From Saccostrea cucullata (lineage: Eukaryota), in assembly GCF_032062105.1 (NCBI RefSeq), contig NW_026932065.1:124001-188000 (forward strand): a stretch of 64,000 nt of DNA, given 5' to 3'. Under the pieces are notes generated by a model. That model ran no database searches, was not told where the DNA came from, and saw only the letters and a program-made list of their open reading frames with translations. Position numbers and translations under genes: made by a program. Positions 11,701 through 25,093 of the stretch are shown here, in pieces; the stretch's first letter is position 1; each line of letters begins with the position of its first letter.

Positions 11701-14700
11701 AAAAAATTTAACTCGAGGGAAAACTATGAATTTGGAAATAATCATTATATGAGGGATTTGAACATTTTCAGAGTTCATAATTTTAATTCAAGGGTTCTTA
11801 AGCAAATAAGGTACTATTAAACAGGGTCTTGAGAATTCTTGGAGAAAAAACATTTTAGATAAAAATAATTTAAGTCCATACTTCCTGTTGGAATGTGGAT
11901 ATAAATTGGACATCAATCAAGAAAAAATCGAAATTTCCAACAGGAGAAAAATATTAAATGGTAAAAAATTAACCTTATTAAGGAAATTGAAAACAGAAAT
12001 GGAGAGCGATCATGAAGATGTAAGACATCCCTCGAGCTCTTGACCGAGACGAATAAAAGAATCAACCTCCCTTTGATATTATAAAAGGGTTCAATTAGTT
12101 CCAAGTCGTCCTTTGCCAGAATGTGTTATCGGGAGAAGAATCACTTCAAGGCAAGAAAACACAACACACGTCATAACTGAGCTAATTCAGGGACAAGGAT
12201 ATTGTTCGGAAGTTAAACTCTAGACACCATTTCAGTGACATTCAACATCAAATTGCTTAATAGCATTCTCCCTCTTAATTACTTAACAGAATATACATAT
12301 TTTCGACATAAGATACCACTTTTATTTAATGGTACAATGAGAAAATATCAAGGTCAATTTTCACATTCTACCTTCTGAATCAGATGTTAAAATAATTCAT
12401 GTGAATAAATGAATTTATAGAATTCTTAATTACATCATTGTCTACTTTATTTAATTATGGAGTGTTTCCTGTTAATTTAAGATGCACGATACAAATAAAT
12501 AATAGGTTGTATTGATTCGTATATATATTTAAAATATAGCATCATTTACAACCGAAAAAAAAAACCAGGAAGTCAAAATATTTTTGACTTTTGGTATTTT
12601 GCAATTGATTGTAAATGATGCACTTAGCAAATCTCTGAAAATATATATGTAAAAAATAATGTAGACGTTCTATGGCGTACATACGAGGGACGTTCAATAA
12701 ATAATGTCATTAGCTCTATGACATACAACATAGAAATCATATGACATTAAGCTTGGCTTTCTCTCATTATTGAATCTTTAATGAATTGGTAACAGTTTAT
12801 ATGACCACTTTTCATCGCATTATTTCACTGAGGGAAGCTGGAAAGCAAGGGCTATTCGAGACACTGCATGAAAAATGAATGGTGAAGAATCAGTAAACTA
12901 GAGTAAAATTAAACGCTTCATTAAAGCAAGTGTAAATCTTGTTAATATCCCAAAAATATATTAACTGAAATATGTGAAATTTACAGCAACCAATGTCTGT
13001 TAAACCATTGGATTTCAATAAACAAAAATATATAATGGGCATCACATGAACAGGACTTACAATAACCAATGCATATTTCGAAAATTTAAACAAAAAAATT
13101 ATATAATAGCAAAATTGATAGACATCAAAAACTTTTTTAAAGAAAAATTTGATAGTAAAAAAGTTTAATGCTCAAAGGTCACCCTATATTTTGAAAAATG
13201 TGAAAACACAGCATGTAGGAATATCTTAACAATTATTTTTTAAAAAAATCAAAAATTGTATATTTGAAATTCAAACAGATAATGAAAAAATTGCAACAAA
13301 TTATCATTGATTATGCAGTTTTATATGCTATTTTCTTTATTAGTCTTACACATAGCAAAATTGATAGAAAACATTTTTTTTTTGCAAAAAAAAGGTTTAT
13401 GAGGGAAACAGAATTAATTGTACATTTAATTTTTTAAAGAAACATTTGATAGGAGTAAAAAAGTTGTCACACCAACAAAATTTGATCTTTCAACCTTTGA
13501 GGTTACCAAACTATATTTTGAAAAATGAGTGAAAACGACAGCATTGTAGGAAGGGTCATACATAATTAACAATTATTTTAAAAAAATCAAAAATTGTAAA
13601 TCATAGAAAAGTATCATCACTGCCTTATAGCATACAACTATGATTATTATGTCAATTTAAACGTGATGTGAACATATCTTTACGTTATGATGAGACTATG
13701 TAAAAATATCCATTTTGCATTACATGAAGTAAATACATCCTTTCATTATGTCAACACAAATTTCAAAAATTCATTATGTGAAGTGATAATGTTTACATTG
13801 TGACAAAACTACGTGAAATGAATGTTTCTTTACATCATTTCAAATGTGTGAGCAAAGAATTGCAAGATTGTGTTTTATAATTAAACTTATCACAACAAAA
13901 ACAGTTTTATATGTATATTTCTATTATATCAAAGCATTATTATGATATGGATTTATCTTATTGTTGAACACAAATGTCAGTGCTTTATTACGAGGTGTAA
14001 AAAGTGTATAACATGATGTGAACATTTCTTAATATTATATCAACTTTTTCATTATGTCAAAACTCTAATCCGTGATGTGGATATATAATTACGTTATGTC
14101 AACTCTTTCTTAACTTAAAATTTTTTTTGTGTTAAAAAAAAAAAAAAAAGCTGAGAGTATATAATGAATGTTAAGAAACAGAATTAGGAATTCACTACAT
14201 ACTTAATTTCTTCATGACAGCGTCCAAACCCACAGGCCATGAAGAGTAAAGGAGTTTTGGGGACCCTACTTTCAAAAAAGAAAGTTCAATGTTTTGTCAC
14301 ACCAACAAAATTTAAAGCAATTGAATCTTTCAACCTTTGACTTTGTTTCATTTCCCAAACTTTGATAAACATCTAGTTTTCAGAAAAAAAAAAAACAATG
14401 TGAAACTAAGCAAATCATCGGATCTGCCACATTCACTTTAAAAAAGGAAAGTATACTGATAAAAAAAAAACTTATGGTCATACATCCCAAAAAAAAAAAC
14501 AAACAAACAAAGAAATTGAAAAAAAATATTTGATTTATTTAATTACAGAGATGTGTTTTAATTAAAAGAGAATATTTTAAAGTTTATTTAAAATCATCCC
14601 AAATCGCTAAATCATAGAAAAGCATTTGCCAATTTTGTTTCGGAACGCGGAAAATACGTTATGCTCATATAAAGGCCGAGGATACCCGTGTTCGCATAAC

Positions 14701-14930
14701 GTAATAGTGAATCGACATAACGTGGTAGTGTGAGTTAATATCATAAAGAATTGACATAATGTAATGAATGACACAATGTATAATTATTGAACAGTTAACA
14801 TAACGAAATGCGAGTTGACGAAATATAATTGTAGAATGTGTAAATGTCATAAAATGTTCACACAATGTAAAGGAATACTTTTTTTTTACCAATGCAGTAG
14901 TAGTGTGGGTTAATCAATAAAGAGGCATTA

Positions 14931-15189
14931 CCGTAAATCTGTTAACACAATGGAAAATTGTGTTATGTCATAAAGATTTTATTTTGCATATGGAATTCGG
15001 GATTCAAAATGTAAAATGATAAATTTTTACGTTTCAAAATTTTGCGAATGACCACTGCTTTGTTTACATTTTCTTAGTGTTGGTAATTCATTTTTAAGTT
15101 CACACAATATTTTTGTCGACATAATGTAATGGAAGGTTGACGCAAATTTGCTAAAAATTTATCTACAGCAAAAATTTCCAGATTTACGG
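14931..15189. mobile_element. Tc1/mariner-type MITE (TA TSD)
   Basis: TA-CCGTAAATCTG ... CAGATTTACGG-TA: perfect 11-bp TIR with TA on both sides. Confidence 0.65.
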
Positions 15190-16849
15190 TATTGAGAAAC
15201 AATGAGTGAAAAAAATAATAAAGCGTCTTATAAGTAAGTCATTTTAGTTATACAAACATAGATTAAGTTGTTATCTTAATAATGATATATATTGAGTTCT
15301 TATTTTCATGATTTTTGATAAATAAAAATATTAATATATGTTTTGGTTGATTGTCTTAATATGCGTGCTTGAGTACCACCGTCGCGATTACCTTATTGCA
15401 GCTGGTTTATGTGATCTACAGGTATTTTCTTTCGAATACATGTAGTGACTTTCTTTGTTACCCATCTTCACGTTTAGACGTCAGTATTCTTTGTTCATGG
15501 CTTTCTTTTGTACAATTCTTCACCTGAGTATTATTTCTTCAAAGAAACCCCTTATTATGCACACGCAAGCGCTACGTCATCCTTCCCCGGCTACTTTTAC
15601 AATGCTAAAAATGTAAATCAATATTGTTGAATGTTTATTTACTCTTATTTGTAAGTCAAGGTAAGAATTTATAACGAAAATAAAAACTCTTAAAATGAAT
15701 TGCTCCCAACGATACTTAAAAAAAATGTATTTGAAAAATATCTGATGCAACCATTAGCCTAATTTTACCCCCTCCCCTGATTCCAAATTTATAATTAATC
15801 ATTATCGTAATAAAAATAATTGTACTGCTGTGAAGTGTACTGATTTACATTTCTTTTAATCTGTTTTATGCTTCAACAACAATGTTATCTGTTTCTTTTA
15901 TGTAGAGAGGCCGCAGAAGAGACTTGAGCCAAAGGCAATCAGGAATTATCGGTAAAGAAGCGTGGTTTAGCCAGATGTCTAAGTTGAATTACAATTTATG
16001 TTTAATTTTTAAGTGAGCTCCTTATCTATATGTTTCTCTTAATTCTACAACTTCATTTGCTTCTTGAGAAAATTCTTCGGCAAATTTAACAACATTTTAG
16101 ATGTGTACGCTTCTCAACAAATGAATAATTATACGGCTAGCCATTTGATTTGACGGTATTTTGACAGAGCCGCATTTACTATTAAGATGAACTCAAAGAA
16201 TGTGTATTTTCTACTTCGACTGATTCCTGCCTGACAGGCGTATATTTACGTCTTTATGGAATCTATTCAGCTGATGAAACGGACTGAAAGAGAGGATGAT
16301 AATTTTACTGTCATTTAAGACAGTGAAGCTTTTTGTTCATTATTACCATAAGAATTTCCTGCTACGTTAACGTCATTGTTGAGTTAAGAAATTAAAGTTG
16401 ACCGATAAAAATGAAGAGGTTGTTGGACCCAAGAACTACCTCAATTAAATAAAATATTTTATTTTGTACACTCGCTAAAAGCATAAATATAGTATATTGG
16501 TTTAACCATGTTAAGCAATAGAGGGCTATTGGCATTGATGGTCACCCGAGCATCATGATTTTCTCGTGCTTTAATTGACTATATTATTCGTACCTCCCAT
16601 TGGAAATCACCTTGGTTTCATGTTAGGAAATTTTTTCAAGCTTATGAAAAACTTTAAATATGCAGCTTGTCTCTTAAAAATTCAAAGTCGAACCGGTGCA
16701 TGGGACAAAGTACATAGTATGATACATACAGGTATACAACATATATAGGCAACCTCTTGACCAGGTGGCAAAAATTTCTGAGTTTTTTTCCGGGATTATG
16801 AATCATGGCACCTTATAGCGAATGTTGAAGTTTCTCTACTGCAAGTCAA

Positions 16850-17345
16850 CCTCCAAAGTCATGGTCAAAATGTCAAAATCGTTCGTATCCAAAGGAAGAT
16901 CTTGTCACAAGGAATACCCCTGGGAAATATAAAAGCCGTAATACTAACGGGTCAAAAGTAATCGTCAAGGTTAAAGTTTTTAAAAGTGGTGCAAACTCTA
17001 TGGTCAAAAGGTCAATTATATTCATGTACCCATTGACAGATCTTGTTATAGTGAATACACATGTAAAGTTTGGGAGACCTAGCACCGACTGTTCAAAAGT
17101 TATGGCCAAGGTTAAAATTCGGAAATTTTCAATAAAAGTGAGTCTAACTCCAAAGTCAAGGTCATGAGGTCAACTTTGATAGCACCTTAAGAAAGGAATA
17201 TACTTGTGAAGAACGAAATCCATAGCCCCATCCACTCAAAAGTTATGGCAAAGGTTAAAGTTTTTGCGGACAAACAGACAGTAAGATGGACGGACAGGCA
17301 GAATCTATACGAGTACCTCTGAATCTTCAATGACAGGGGCTTTAA
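16850..17345 (-). mobile_element. HINE/Helentron non-autonomous element with ~3 decayed tandem units
   Basis: Repeated TCTTGTCACAAGGAATAC..GAAATATAAAAGCC..TCAAAAGTTATGGCCAAGGTTAAA units followed by a GACA/GACG microsatellite and AGGGGCTTTAAAA, which is the element 5' end read on the minus strand. Confidence 0.7.
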
Positions 17346-18009
17346 AAGAAAGATGTACAATGGATTTGCAACACAATCAACTGAGTCAAATGATTGACAC
17401 ACTTGCTGCTCATTACTGGGCACAGTATGCATAAAGTCTACAATTTAGGTGCCAAAAGTACTGTTGTCATATTCTTTACCTTTTAACAATTGGTAACAAA
17501 ATGTATTTTACTACAATTTACGAAAAGTGAATAATCATCTCCTTCCCCTCAAAAAATATGTAAATTTTGTATTTACTGCCACACGGTAAATTCAAAATTT
17601 AGAACATGACAGATCCGTAAACTTTTTTACAAATGATAAAAAAGAAATCGCACATCTACAAATCTCATTGAATATATAAAAATGATATGAAACTTGCCAT
17701 CTAGTGAGTATTTATAGACCTGAAATTTTTTTTGTAAAAATATTTATCTGACAGAATCCGAGCACAAGTCCTTTTTCTGTATACATTTAGAGACAGATAA
17801 TTAATGAAACAAGAATAAGAACTAAATGTAAGAAATCTTGGTCAGAAAAGTCGGGAATCTAATTATCTTTGATTCCTTTAGTTGGATGACACTTTGTAGA
17901 AATCAATAAAATCAAAGTGAAACAATTACTTGTATCCTAGTTCCACAACCTACAAATTCAGAATGAAATCCAAACTACAAAATTCAAACTGGCGCAGTGG
18001 TGTGTCCAT

Positions 18010-20140
18010 GATTTGAACATATTTTATTGTTTTGATGTTATAACAAAAGGATTGGACACAAGTTCTTAAAAACTTAGAACGTCCTCTCCTTTAAAATAAT
18101 TTGTAACACAAAGTACATTGTTCAAAATTAATTTACACAGGAACCAAAGGTCAAATCTAACATAGGCAATGCATATACAAATTGAATTAATGTATATGGA
18201 CATACAAATCTAAAAGCATTACTCAAAAACGACCAGATCTCTTAATAAACAATTGCACATTTAAAAATAAAATTCGAATTATCTCCCCATAATAGAACAT
18301 GAAATACGTAAATTTATCATTCTAAAAATAGCATTGAACAAATCGTTTCTTGGGGCATGTAGTTCACACAAGAAAAAAAGAAATGATATGTATCTTCTAT
18401 TTTTCCGCAAGTACACAGTGGACTGTCAATAATATTACACCTAAATAAGTCTTTATTTTGGACACAATTGTGTCTTAATCTAGTATGAATTACACTCCAG
18501 TAACGATCACCAAAAGTAAAAAATGACGGGGTGGGTGTTTTCTGAGAGTTTATACAATTTTTGAAGGAACCAATTGTAGTGGATTGTCTTGTTTCAAGAG
18601 ATAAAGAATTCCATTCCCTTATTGCCATTGGAACAAACGATGATTTTATTTAATCTACACTTAGGGATACAGTAATTTTGTGATGTCTTAAAATTTGATT
18701 CTTGTGATCGAATGTTTGGAAATATTTCTTTCAAATAACCGGGTACCATATTATGAAATATTTTGTACATATCTTTGGACATTCGAATCCCAACCATATA
18801 GAGAGAAAAAATGAGGTTAATCCAGTGACTATTCTTGCTGCTGCAAGTTGCAATTTTTCTAGTTTTTCAGAATCTTGACTAGAACACCCACACCAAACTT
18901 CAGTTGCATATTCTAACTTAGGTCTTATAAAAGTAGTATATAAAAGAGATAAAGTTTTTGCACTGACCTTAAGTTGCAGTTTTTTAAGTAGACCTAATTT
19001 TTTATATGCATTAGCTAGTAGAATCAATGTACCCTGACCAAGTGAGGTCGTTTGAAAAAGAAACCTAAGTGATTATTTGATACTAAATCTAAATTACAAT
19101 CTGGTAAATCTACGTTTTTCTTAGTACAGCTTTGGTTTTTAGGATTAAATTTCAATAGCCATTGTTTAGACCACCGCTCAAGTTGATTTAAATCATTATT
19201 CAATCCTAATTGAATATCATGTACATTTTCTGAACATTTCTGTAAAGAATTATCAATTAATGACATATATCAAGAATAAAAGTGGCCCCAATACAGACCC
19301 CTGGGGAACTCCAGCATGTAAAGATCTAAAACTAGACATAGTATTCCTATGCAATACCCTTTGTGTCCTTAAATCTAAATAACTTTGAAACCATAATAAT
19401 AACTTATCACTAACACCATAAGTTTGTAACTTAAAGAGAAGGCCTTTGTGCCAAACCCGATCAAATGCCTTAGACAAGTCGCAAAAAACCATACAACAGT
19501 GTTTTCCTTCATCCATAGCTTTAGCTATGTAATCGAATGTCTCAATAAGTTGATAAACTGTTGAATGACCTGGTAAAAAGCCAGCTTGATATTTGTAAAA
19601 AAGATTGTTTGAATGAAAATAATTGTAAACATATTTAAAAATAACTCGCTCCATAATTTTGCCAACGCAGCTTTAATGAGACTTCTATAATTTGATAATA
19701 ATGATGGGTCACCTTTTTTAAATAAAGGAAGTACATTAGCTACCTTCCACTGTTTGAAATACACATTCTCTTAAAGATCTGTTAAACAAAATACATAAAG
19801 GATAAGAACGCTAAAAATGGTAGCTTTTAACATTTTATGACTAATGTTGTCAGGTCCTATTGCCTTGTTCACTGGGAGAACAGAAATTATATCAATAATG
19901 TCCTGCTCAACTATTTCTACTATTAAAAAACTATTACATAATAAAGAAAAAGCTGGTAATGCAGGTTCGACATCATGCGAAGACGAAACCGAAGCAAAAT
20001 ATCTATTTAACGCTTCAACCTTGTCAATATCGCTGTAATTAATATGCATATTTCCATTTTCTGTAATAACTGACCTAACCTTAGTTTTAAAAACATCTTT
20101 TAATAATTTCCAATAAATTTTAGAACTTTTGATACTTGCT
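18010..20140 (-). mobile_element. 5'-truncated, frameshifted CR1-clade non-LTR retrotransposon (ORF2 reverse transcriptase pseudogene)
   Basis: Collinear minus-strand ORF fragments: KAIGPDNI, WKVANVLPLFKKGDPSLLSNYR, QAGFLPGHST, FCDLSKAFDRVWH, GVPQGSVLGPLLFLIY, WSKQWLLKFNP, YTTFIRPKLEYA, C-terminal CTCGKIEDTYHFFFSC. The YADD motif is lost at a frameshift. The 3' UTR ends in AATAAAATATGTTCAAATC near 18010. Confidence 0.92.
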
Positions 20141-21518
20141 TGGTGTGTCCATAACTTACTAGTTTATTCTTCTGAAAGTCAGGTTTTTAGGAATATGTGC
20201 CATGAAATAAATCATAGGCTTTCCACTTTAGCTTCGTTTTCTCGGTGAAATATTCCTATTTCTAATTTGGTAGAACGATTGGTTTATATATGTTTCAATT
20301 TTAACAAGATAGGGAAAGGTTGATATTAAGTTTATCGCGGAAATTGACAAAAGAAATTTATTTCCTCGCAGCTGAATCGCATGCAATTTCTTTCTTTTAA
20401 TGTTTCCTTACTTAGAATCAAAAAGTGGTTTACAAGACTGAAAGTAGTTCTGATTTTAATTTTAAATTCACCGTTGTTAATTGAATATGGTCTACGTTTG
20501 TATTCATTCGAGAATCAGGCGAATAATTAAAACAAGACATTTCTTTAGTTTTGGAGACAGGAAGGAATCAGTTTTGCTTTTCAGTTACTGAGAGCAGGTG
20601 TATAAAGTGACGAGTCCCTTAATTAGAATCTGTGCTTAATTGCCTCTACAAAAACAATTATATAGAGGATTTGAGAAGTTTTAAACAAAATAGCAGAAGT
20701 TTTAAAAAAGGGATTAATGTTTTGTACGCTTCGCGTCGCCCTACATTTTTGATATGTGGATGTCGGATGAAATGCTGAATGTCGCTGTACTTTTAGGCTC
20801 ACCTTGGCCAAATATTCAAGTGGGCTTTTCTGCATCAAAGTGCAAGTGTCTCCATGGTTTAAAAAAGTATGCACATTTTAAACGCAATTTGGACACGAAT
20901 CAAAGTGTGTTGATTTTGTCCCAAATACGCACTTTGAATTTTTTCCCCAAATTTCCAAAATGTTCGATTTTGACTCAATTTTACTGCAATTTGGGGGAAA
21001 AAAATCAAGGTGCGTTCATTTTGACACAAATTTGTCGCACTGTGAATCTTTTTTCAGTGTTTGATTTTGACCCAGTTTTAACGCATTTTATTCAGAGTAC
21101 GGTGCCACATACCTGACAATGAAAAATGATTCGCGATTTTGACGACTTACCGTGTTATAGCCTATGTTTTCCACTTAAACAACCCCTGTCTTTTGCCTAA
21201 TCCTTGGACTAGGAATGGATTTATTTTTATCATTGTTCGAATACGTGTAGGTACAACAAAATTCTTTAGAAGCAAGGATATATAGTTCGTCGCAAACTAC
21301 AATAGAATACTTAAATATACGTGATCCCCCAAACTGCATGTAGCATGACTACCAGAGCAAGCTTCTGCTCACAGTTGTTGACTGCGTTGGACAAATATTG
21401 GCAACGAGACTTTTGCAGTTTTGCTCACTGACCCTACGTTGGTCCAATATGTTGATCCAACTTTGACTCAACATCTTTCTATTTTATTACTGCATTTGAT
21501 CAATGATGGCCCAACCAG

Positions 21519-21742
21519 TGGCCCTTTTCACAAAGAATCCAACGACTAAGACAAAATTTTCCCACATTCTACTACAAATATCTGAACTTCAGATCGAAAT
21601 CTTACTTTTCTGTTAAATTATGTAATATTTTACTATTAAATTGTAATTAATCATTTAGAAAAAAATATCTTTAATAAATAAAAAAAATACAGAGGGTTGA
21701 AATTTTAGTCTGAGTCGAAATATTTTTTTGTGAAAAGTGTCA
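21519..21742. mobile_element. MITE with ~40-bp imperfect TIRs, related at the termini to the elements at 26338-26545 and 31219-32856
   Basis: TGGCCCTTTTCACAAAGAATCCAACGACTAAGACAAAATTT vs AAATTTTAGTCTGAGTCGAAATATTTTTTTGTGAAAAGTGTCA. Confidence 0.6.
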
Positions 21743-21995
21743 TGTCTGGTGCAGGCTCCTAAATGTGCAGTTTCAAAATGTGAGAGTCTTTACTCTAATT
21801 TATTTTTCTTCATATTGTTATTTCTTCTGTTTGAAGGGTACAATATAAGGCTGCTGTTCTGGTCATTTTTTTTTTAAAAACTCTTCTCTTTGTAGGGTAC
21901 AGTACAGAACGGTTGTTCTGGTAAATTGAGAAACAGTCTACGTATAACTTAGCTAAAGCAAATGTTGACATTTTCGGTACGAGTTAACAAACAAA

Positions 21996-24900
21996 ATGAA
22001 CAACGGGAAACATGTTCGTGGAAAATTTAAGGAGAAAGGGGATAGAGCTTATAAAAAGTTCACTGGAAATAAAACAGAAGGTAATATTCTGCCAAACTGA
22101 ATGACTTTTTAAAAAATTAAATCCATTATTATGTAAAAAAATAAATTTAAGACAATCATGTGCACCGAATTGTCTCTGTCGCCATTAGCTGTGACAATTT
22201 AGAAACAATAATGATAGGCTGTAAAAAAAATGGTATAAGACTTGAATCGTGTTTATTCTTACTAGGCCAGGGCTTTGCTGATAAAAGGAAAAGAAAAATA
22301 CAGCACGAGTATTGGAAACTATTGAAGAAAGAGAAAAAGTCCAAGGAGGAGAACACAAAACATGTTTCTGTTATGGACGAACTTTCTGAAGAGGAGGAAT
22401 CACCCCCAGACGTATCCAAACAAAAGTATGGGCTAGAGCAAATAAAACTGATTTCTTAACTTAAAATTATTCATACTCTACCACTTTCTTTTTTTTATTA
22501 GAGGATATTTGAAGAGAGAGAGAGACTAGGGCAAGAGAGATAACTTTATTTAACTGTAAATGTAAATTAAAATTTTTTCTCAGTAAAATATTGTAAAATC
22601 ATTAGATTTCATGGTGGCTCAGTTTTTATGTACTCCATGGGTACCTTTCATTTATGAATTCACATCCTCCAAATACACAAACTTATGTCCCCACAAAGTT
22701 GTAAAATTGTCCAAACAAAATTAATGTGGATGATTGGAATCACTCGACAGTACTGAATGTGACACATTGTCAAAAGTTAAGAGTTCAGAATTAAGGCTGT
22801 TTTCTGGAAAATACTATAAAATTCCAGATATTCAAGATTTTTGCTCATCTGATTATATTAATAGTTATTTTTAATTGCAAACTTAGAAACTTTACCTACA
22901 CTTAGAAGTAAACCTTCTTGAATGTAATGATATACAACAAGCTTTATTGCAGCTTTTCAAGCCTGTGAGGGGTTTTCAGTCCACTTCACTCTGGAGATTG
23001 ATCTCTTGCAACTGGCTTGCCAAGATGGCTAATTTGATGGAAAGCGACTCTATTTTGTTCAAAGTTTCAACACCCTTTGATGTTTTAAATGCATCACAAA
23101 CATATATTTCGTAGGCGCTTGGTTTCAGAATGGTGTATTTTGTGTATTATGTGTTTTTCTAGGTGTGTCTGAATACCCTCATCAAGATAAAAATAAAAAT
23201 TTGCTGAAATTAGCACGTTTTAAAAATGTCATCTTTACTGTATATAAAAAGAGTAAAGAAGCTTCACTCTCCATCTTGAAAATCGGGGGTACTTCGGTTC
23301 ACAATTTTCATCTATATCTACATTTTTCCTACCGGTGTCGGGTGAGATCTAGCTTCAAAAAAGATTGAATAATGCCTTTCAAACGTCTGCCGATTTGAAC
23401 TTGCCATATAAAACATGCAGTAAACCCAAAATGTCCTCGATACCTAGCACAGAAATCAAAAGCAACAGAAGTGCCGATTTTTAACGATGAAAAATGTAGA
23501 GGCGTCCTGGAATTACATGGAAAATCTAGAGAGGTCAGAAACCGCGCCAAACTTGTTCTCTCTAGATTTTCCGTGTAATTCTGGAACACCTCTACATTTT
23601 TAGGGTTAGTACAGGTGCAAGAATCGAGGACGTTTCGGTTCACTGCATGTTTAAAACGGCATGTGTAGGTCAACAGATGATAGGGAGTTGTCATTCAATT
23701 ATTTTTGAAGCTAGATCTCACCCGACACCAGTAGGAAAAAAGTAGATATAGATGAAAATTAAGTGTGAACTGAGGTACCCCCTGATTATCAAGATGGGGA
23801 GTGACACTCCTTTACTCTTTTTATATACAGTAAATATGACATTTTTAAAACATGCTAATTTCAACGAATTTTTGTTTTTATTTTGATGAGATATTCAGAC
23901 ACACCTAGGAAAACACATAATACACCATCCTGAAACCAAGCGCCTATGATATATTTCAGAGTTTTAGTGAAAAGGACCCAAGAAGTTGTGCTTGAATGAC
24001 ACATAGAATAAACTAGTATAAAGTCTGGCTTGTAAGAAATATAGAGCAAAGGGTACCAAAACTGATACTTCTTTGCATAGCTACTGTAGCAACCAGGGAC
24101 CAAAATTTTAAGGAATTACCAGTAAATAGATGTATTCTTAGGCATTTCACAGGAATGAGTATAGGTTATTAATCAAAATTATAAATTTGTAGGTCTACTA
24201 AGAAGTCCATTGGAACATACTCAAAGGCACATCATGACTTCAAACAGAGAAAGAAAGAGAAGCAGAGGAAAAAGCAGGTAAATTTATATTATTTAATGGG
24301 TTCATCCCCTGGCTTTGGTTAGCTGTAACATAAGCTACATGTAAATAAGCAATTATTCGACAACTCTAATATACATGTGAGTCTTCACACAAAATGTGAA
24401 TAATTATTTCATGAGTAATGGTTTCTTCATTCATCTTTTGAGGCAATTTTTAAATTCCACACATACAATACATTTTTGAGCTAAAAAGTGTATACATGTA
24501 CATCATTCAGTACTCTTTTTTTAACTTTAAAAGTAGCTTGCTCTTTTCAGATGCCTTGTTTAATTGTAAAAATAAAGATTTTTTTCATTCACATTACATC
24601 ATGAGCATCTTCGTAAAATAAATAAATTTAAAAAAACTCAGAAAATGTGTTATTTTTTATGTGGACACAGTTGTGTTCAAGTAAAAAAAAGGTATCCTCA
24701 ATGAATTTGTCCCATATTCTTATTATGTGTATTAGTGAAGGAGTAGAAAATGTGTACATACACATGTATTTTCAAAACAAGTTATTCCTGTGAGGATTTT
24801 GATCATAGTATTTTTTATGTAGTGAAAGGGATAAATATTCTTCAATTTTGATTTACTCTACTTTCATGTTGTTAAGTAGCAGGTATATCATGTTTATTAA

Positions 24901-25093
24901 TGATGCTTATGTAAAATTTTAGGAAGCAAAGAAGAATAGAGAAGCTATGGATGCAGCAATAGAAAAATACAATACAAGAAAACAGTCCAATTATAAACTG
25001 CTGTGTAAAAGGACAAGTAAAGGACAACCTGTGATGAAACATCAGATTGACTACTTGTTAGAAAAAATCAAGAAGCAAAAAGCCAAAACATGA
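21996..25093 (+). CDS. CCDC59: CCDC59/TAP26 (Fyv7/TAP26 family) homologue, 166 aa; exons 21996-22080, 22266-22425, 24193-24277, 24923-25093
   Basis: All introns are GT-AG and phases close (85+160+85+171=501 nt). The protein contains EGQGFADKRKRKIQHEYWKLLKKEK and C-terminal KRTSKGQPVMKHQIDYLLEKI, matching from memory human CCDC59 [25 protein letters not shown] and KKTKKGQPNLNVQMEYLLQKI. Confidence 0.9.
22591..22750. mobile_element. Decayed Tc1/mariner-type MITE in CCDC59 intron 2
   Basis: TA-TTGTAAAATCATTAGATTTCATGGTGGCTCAG...CACTCGACAG-TA; resembles the TACTGT..ACAGTA MITE class. Confidence 0.45.
23110..23948. mobile_element. Whole-length foldback DNA element with 8-bp TSD (P- or hAT-type), in CCDC59 intron 2
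   Basis: TSD ATATATTT at 23102-23109 and 23949-23956; termini CGTAGGCGCTTGGTTTCAG / CTGAAACCAAGCGCCTATG; arms remain complementary up to a ~24-nt loop at 23534-23557. Confidence 0.88.

Noticed and set aside
12682-12710. Mariner-like terminus TACGAGGGACGTTCAATAA
   Set aside because: No matching second TIR or transposase found.
18010-20140. Reverse transcriptase as part of a novel retron/DGR-like system
   Set aside because: Ordinary CR1-type LINE ORF2 motifs, 5'-truncated with multiple frameshifts and no catalytic YADD.
20850-21520. Short hairpin (~20930-21015), GTTGG/CCAAC word repeats (21380-21515), and ORFs 20623-21116
   Set aside because: Probably decayed MITE fragments; boundaries and TSDs could not be supported and the ORFs lack protein features.
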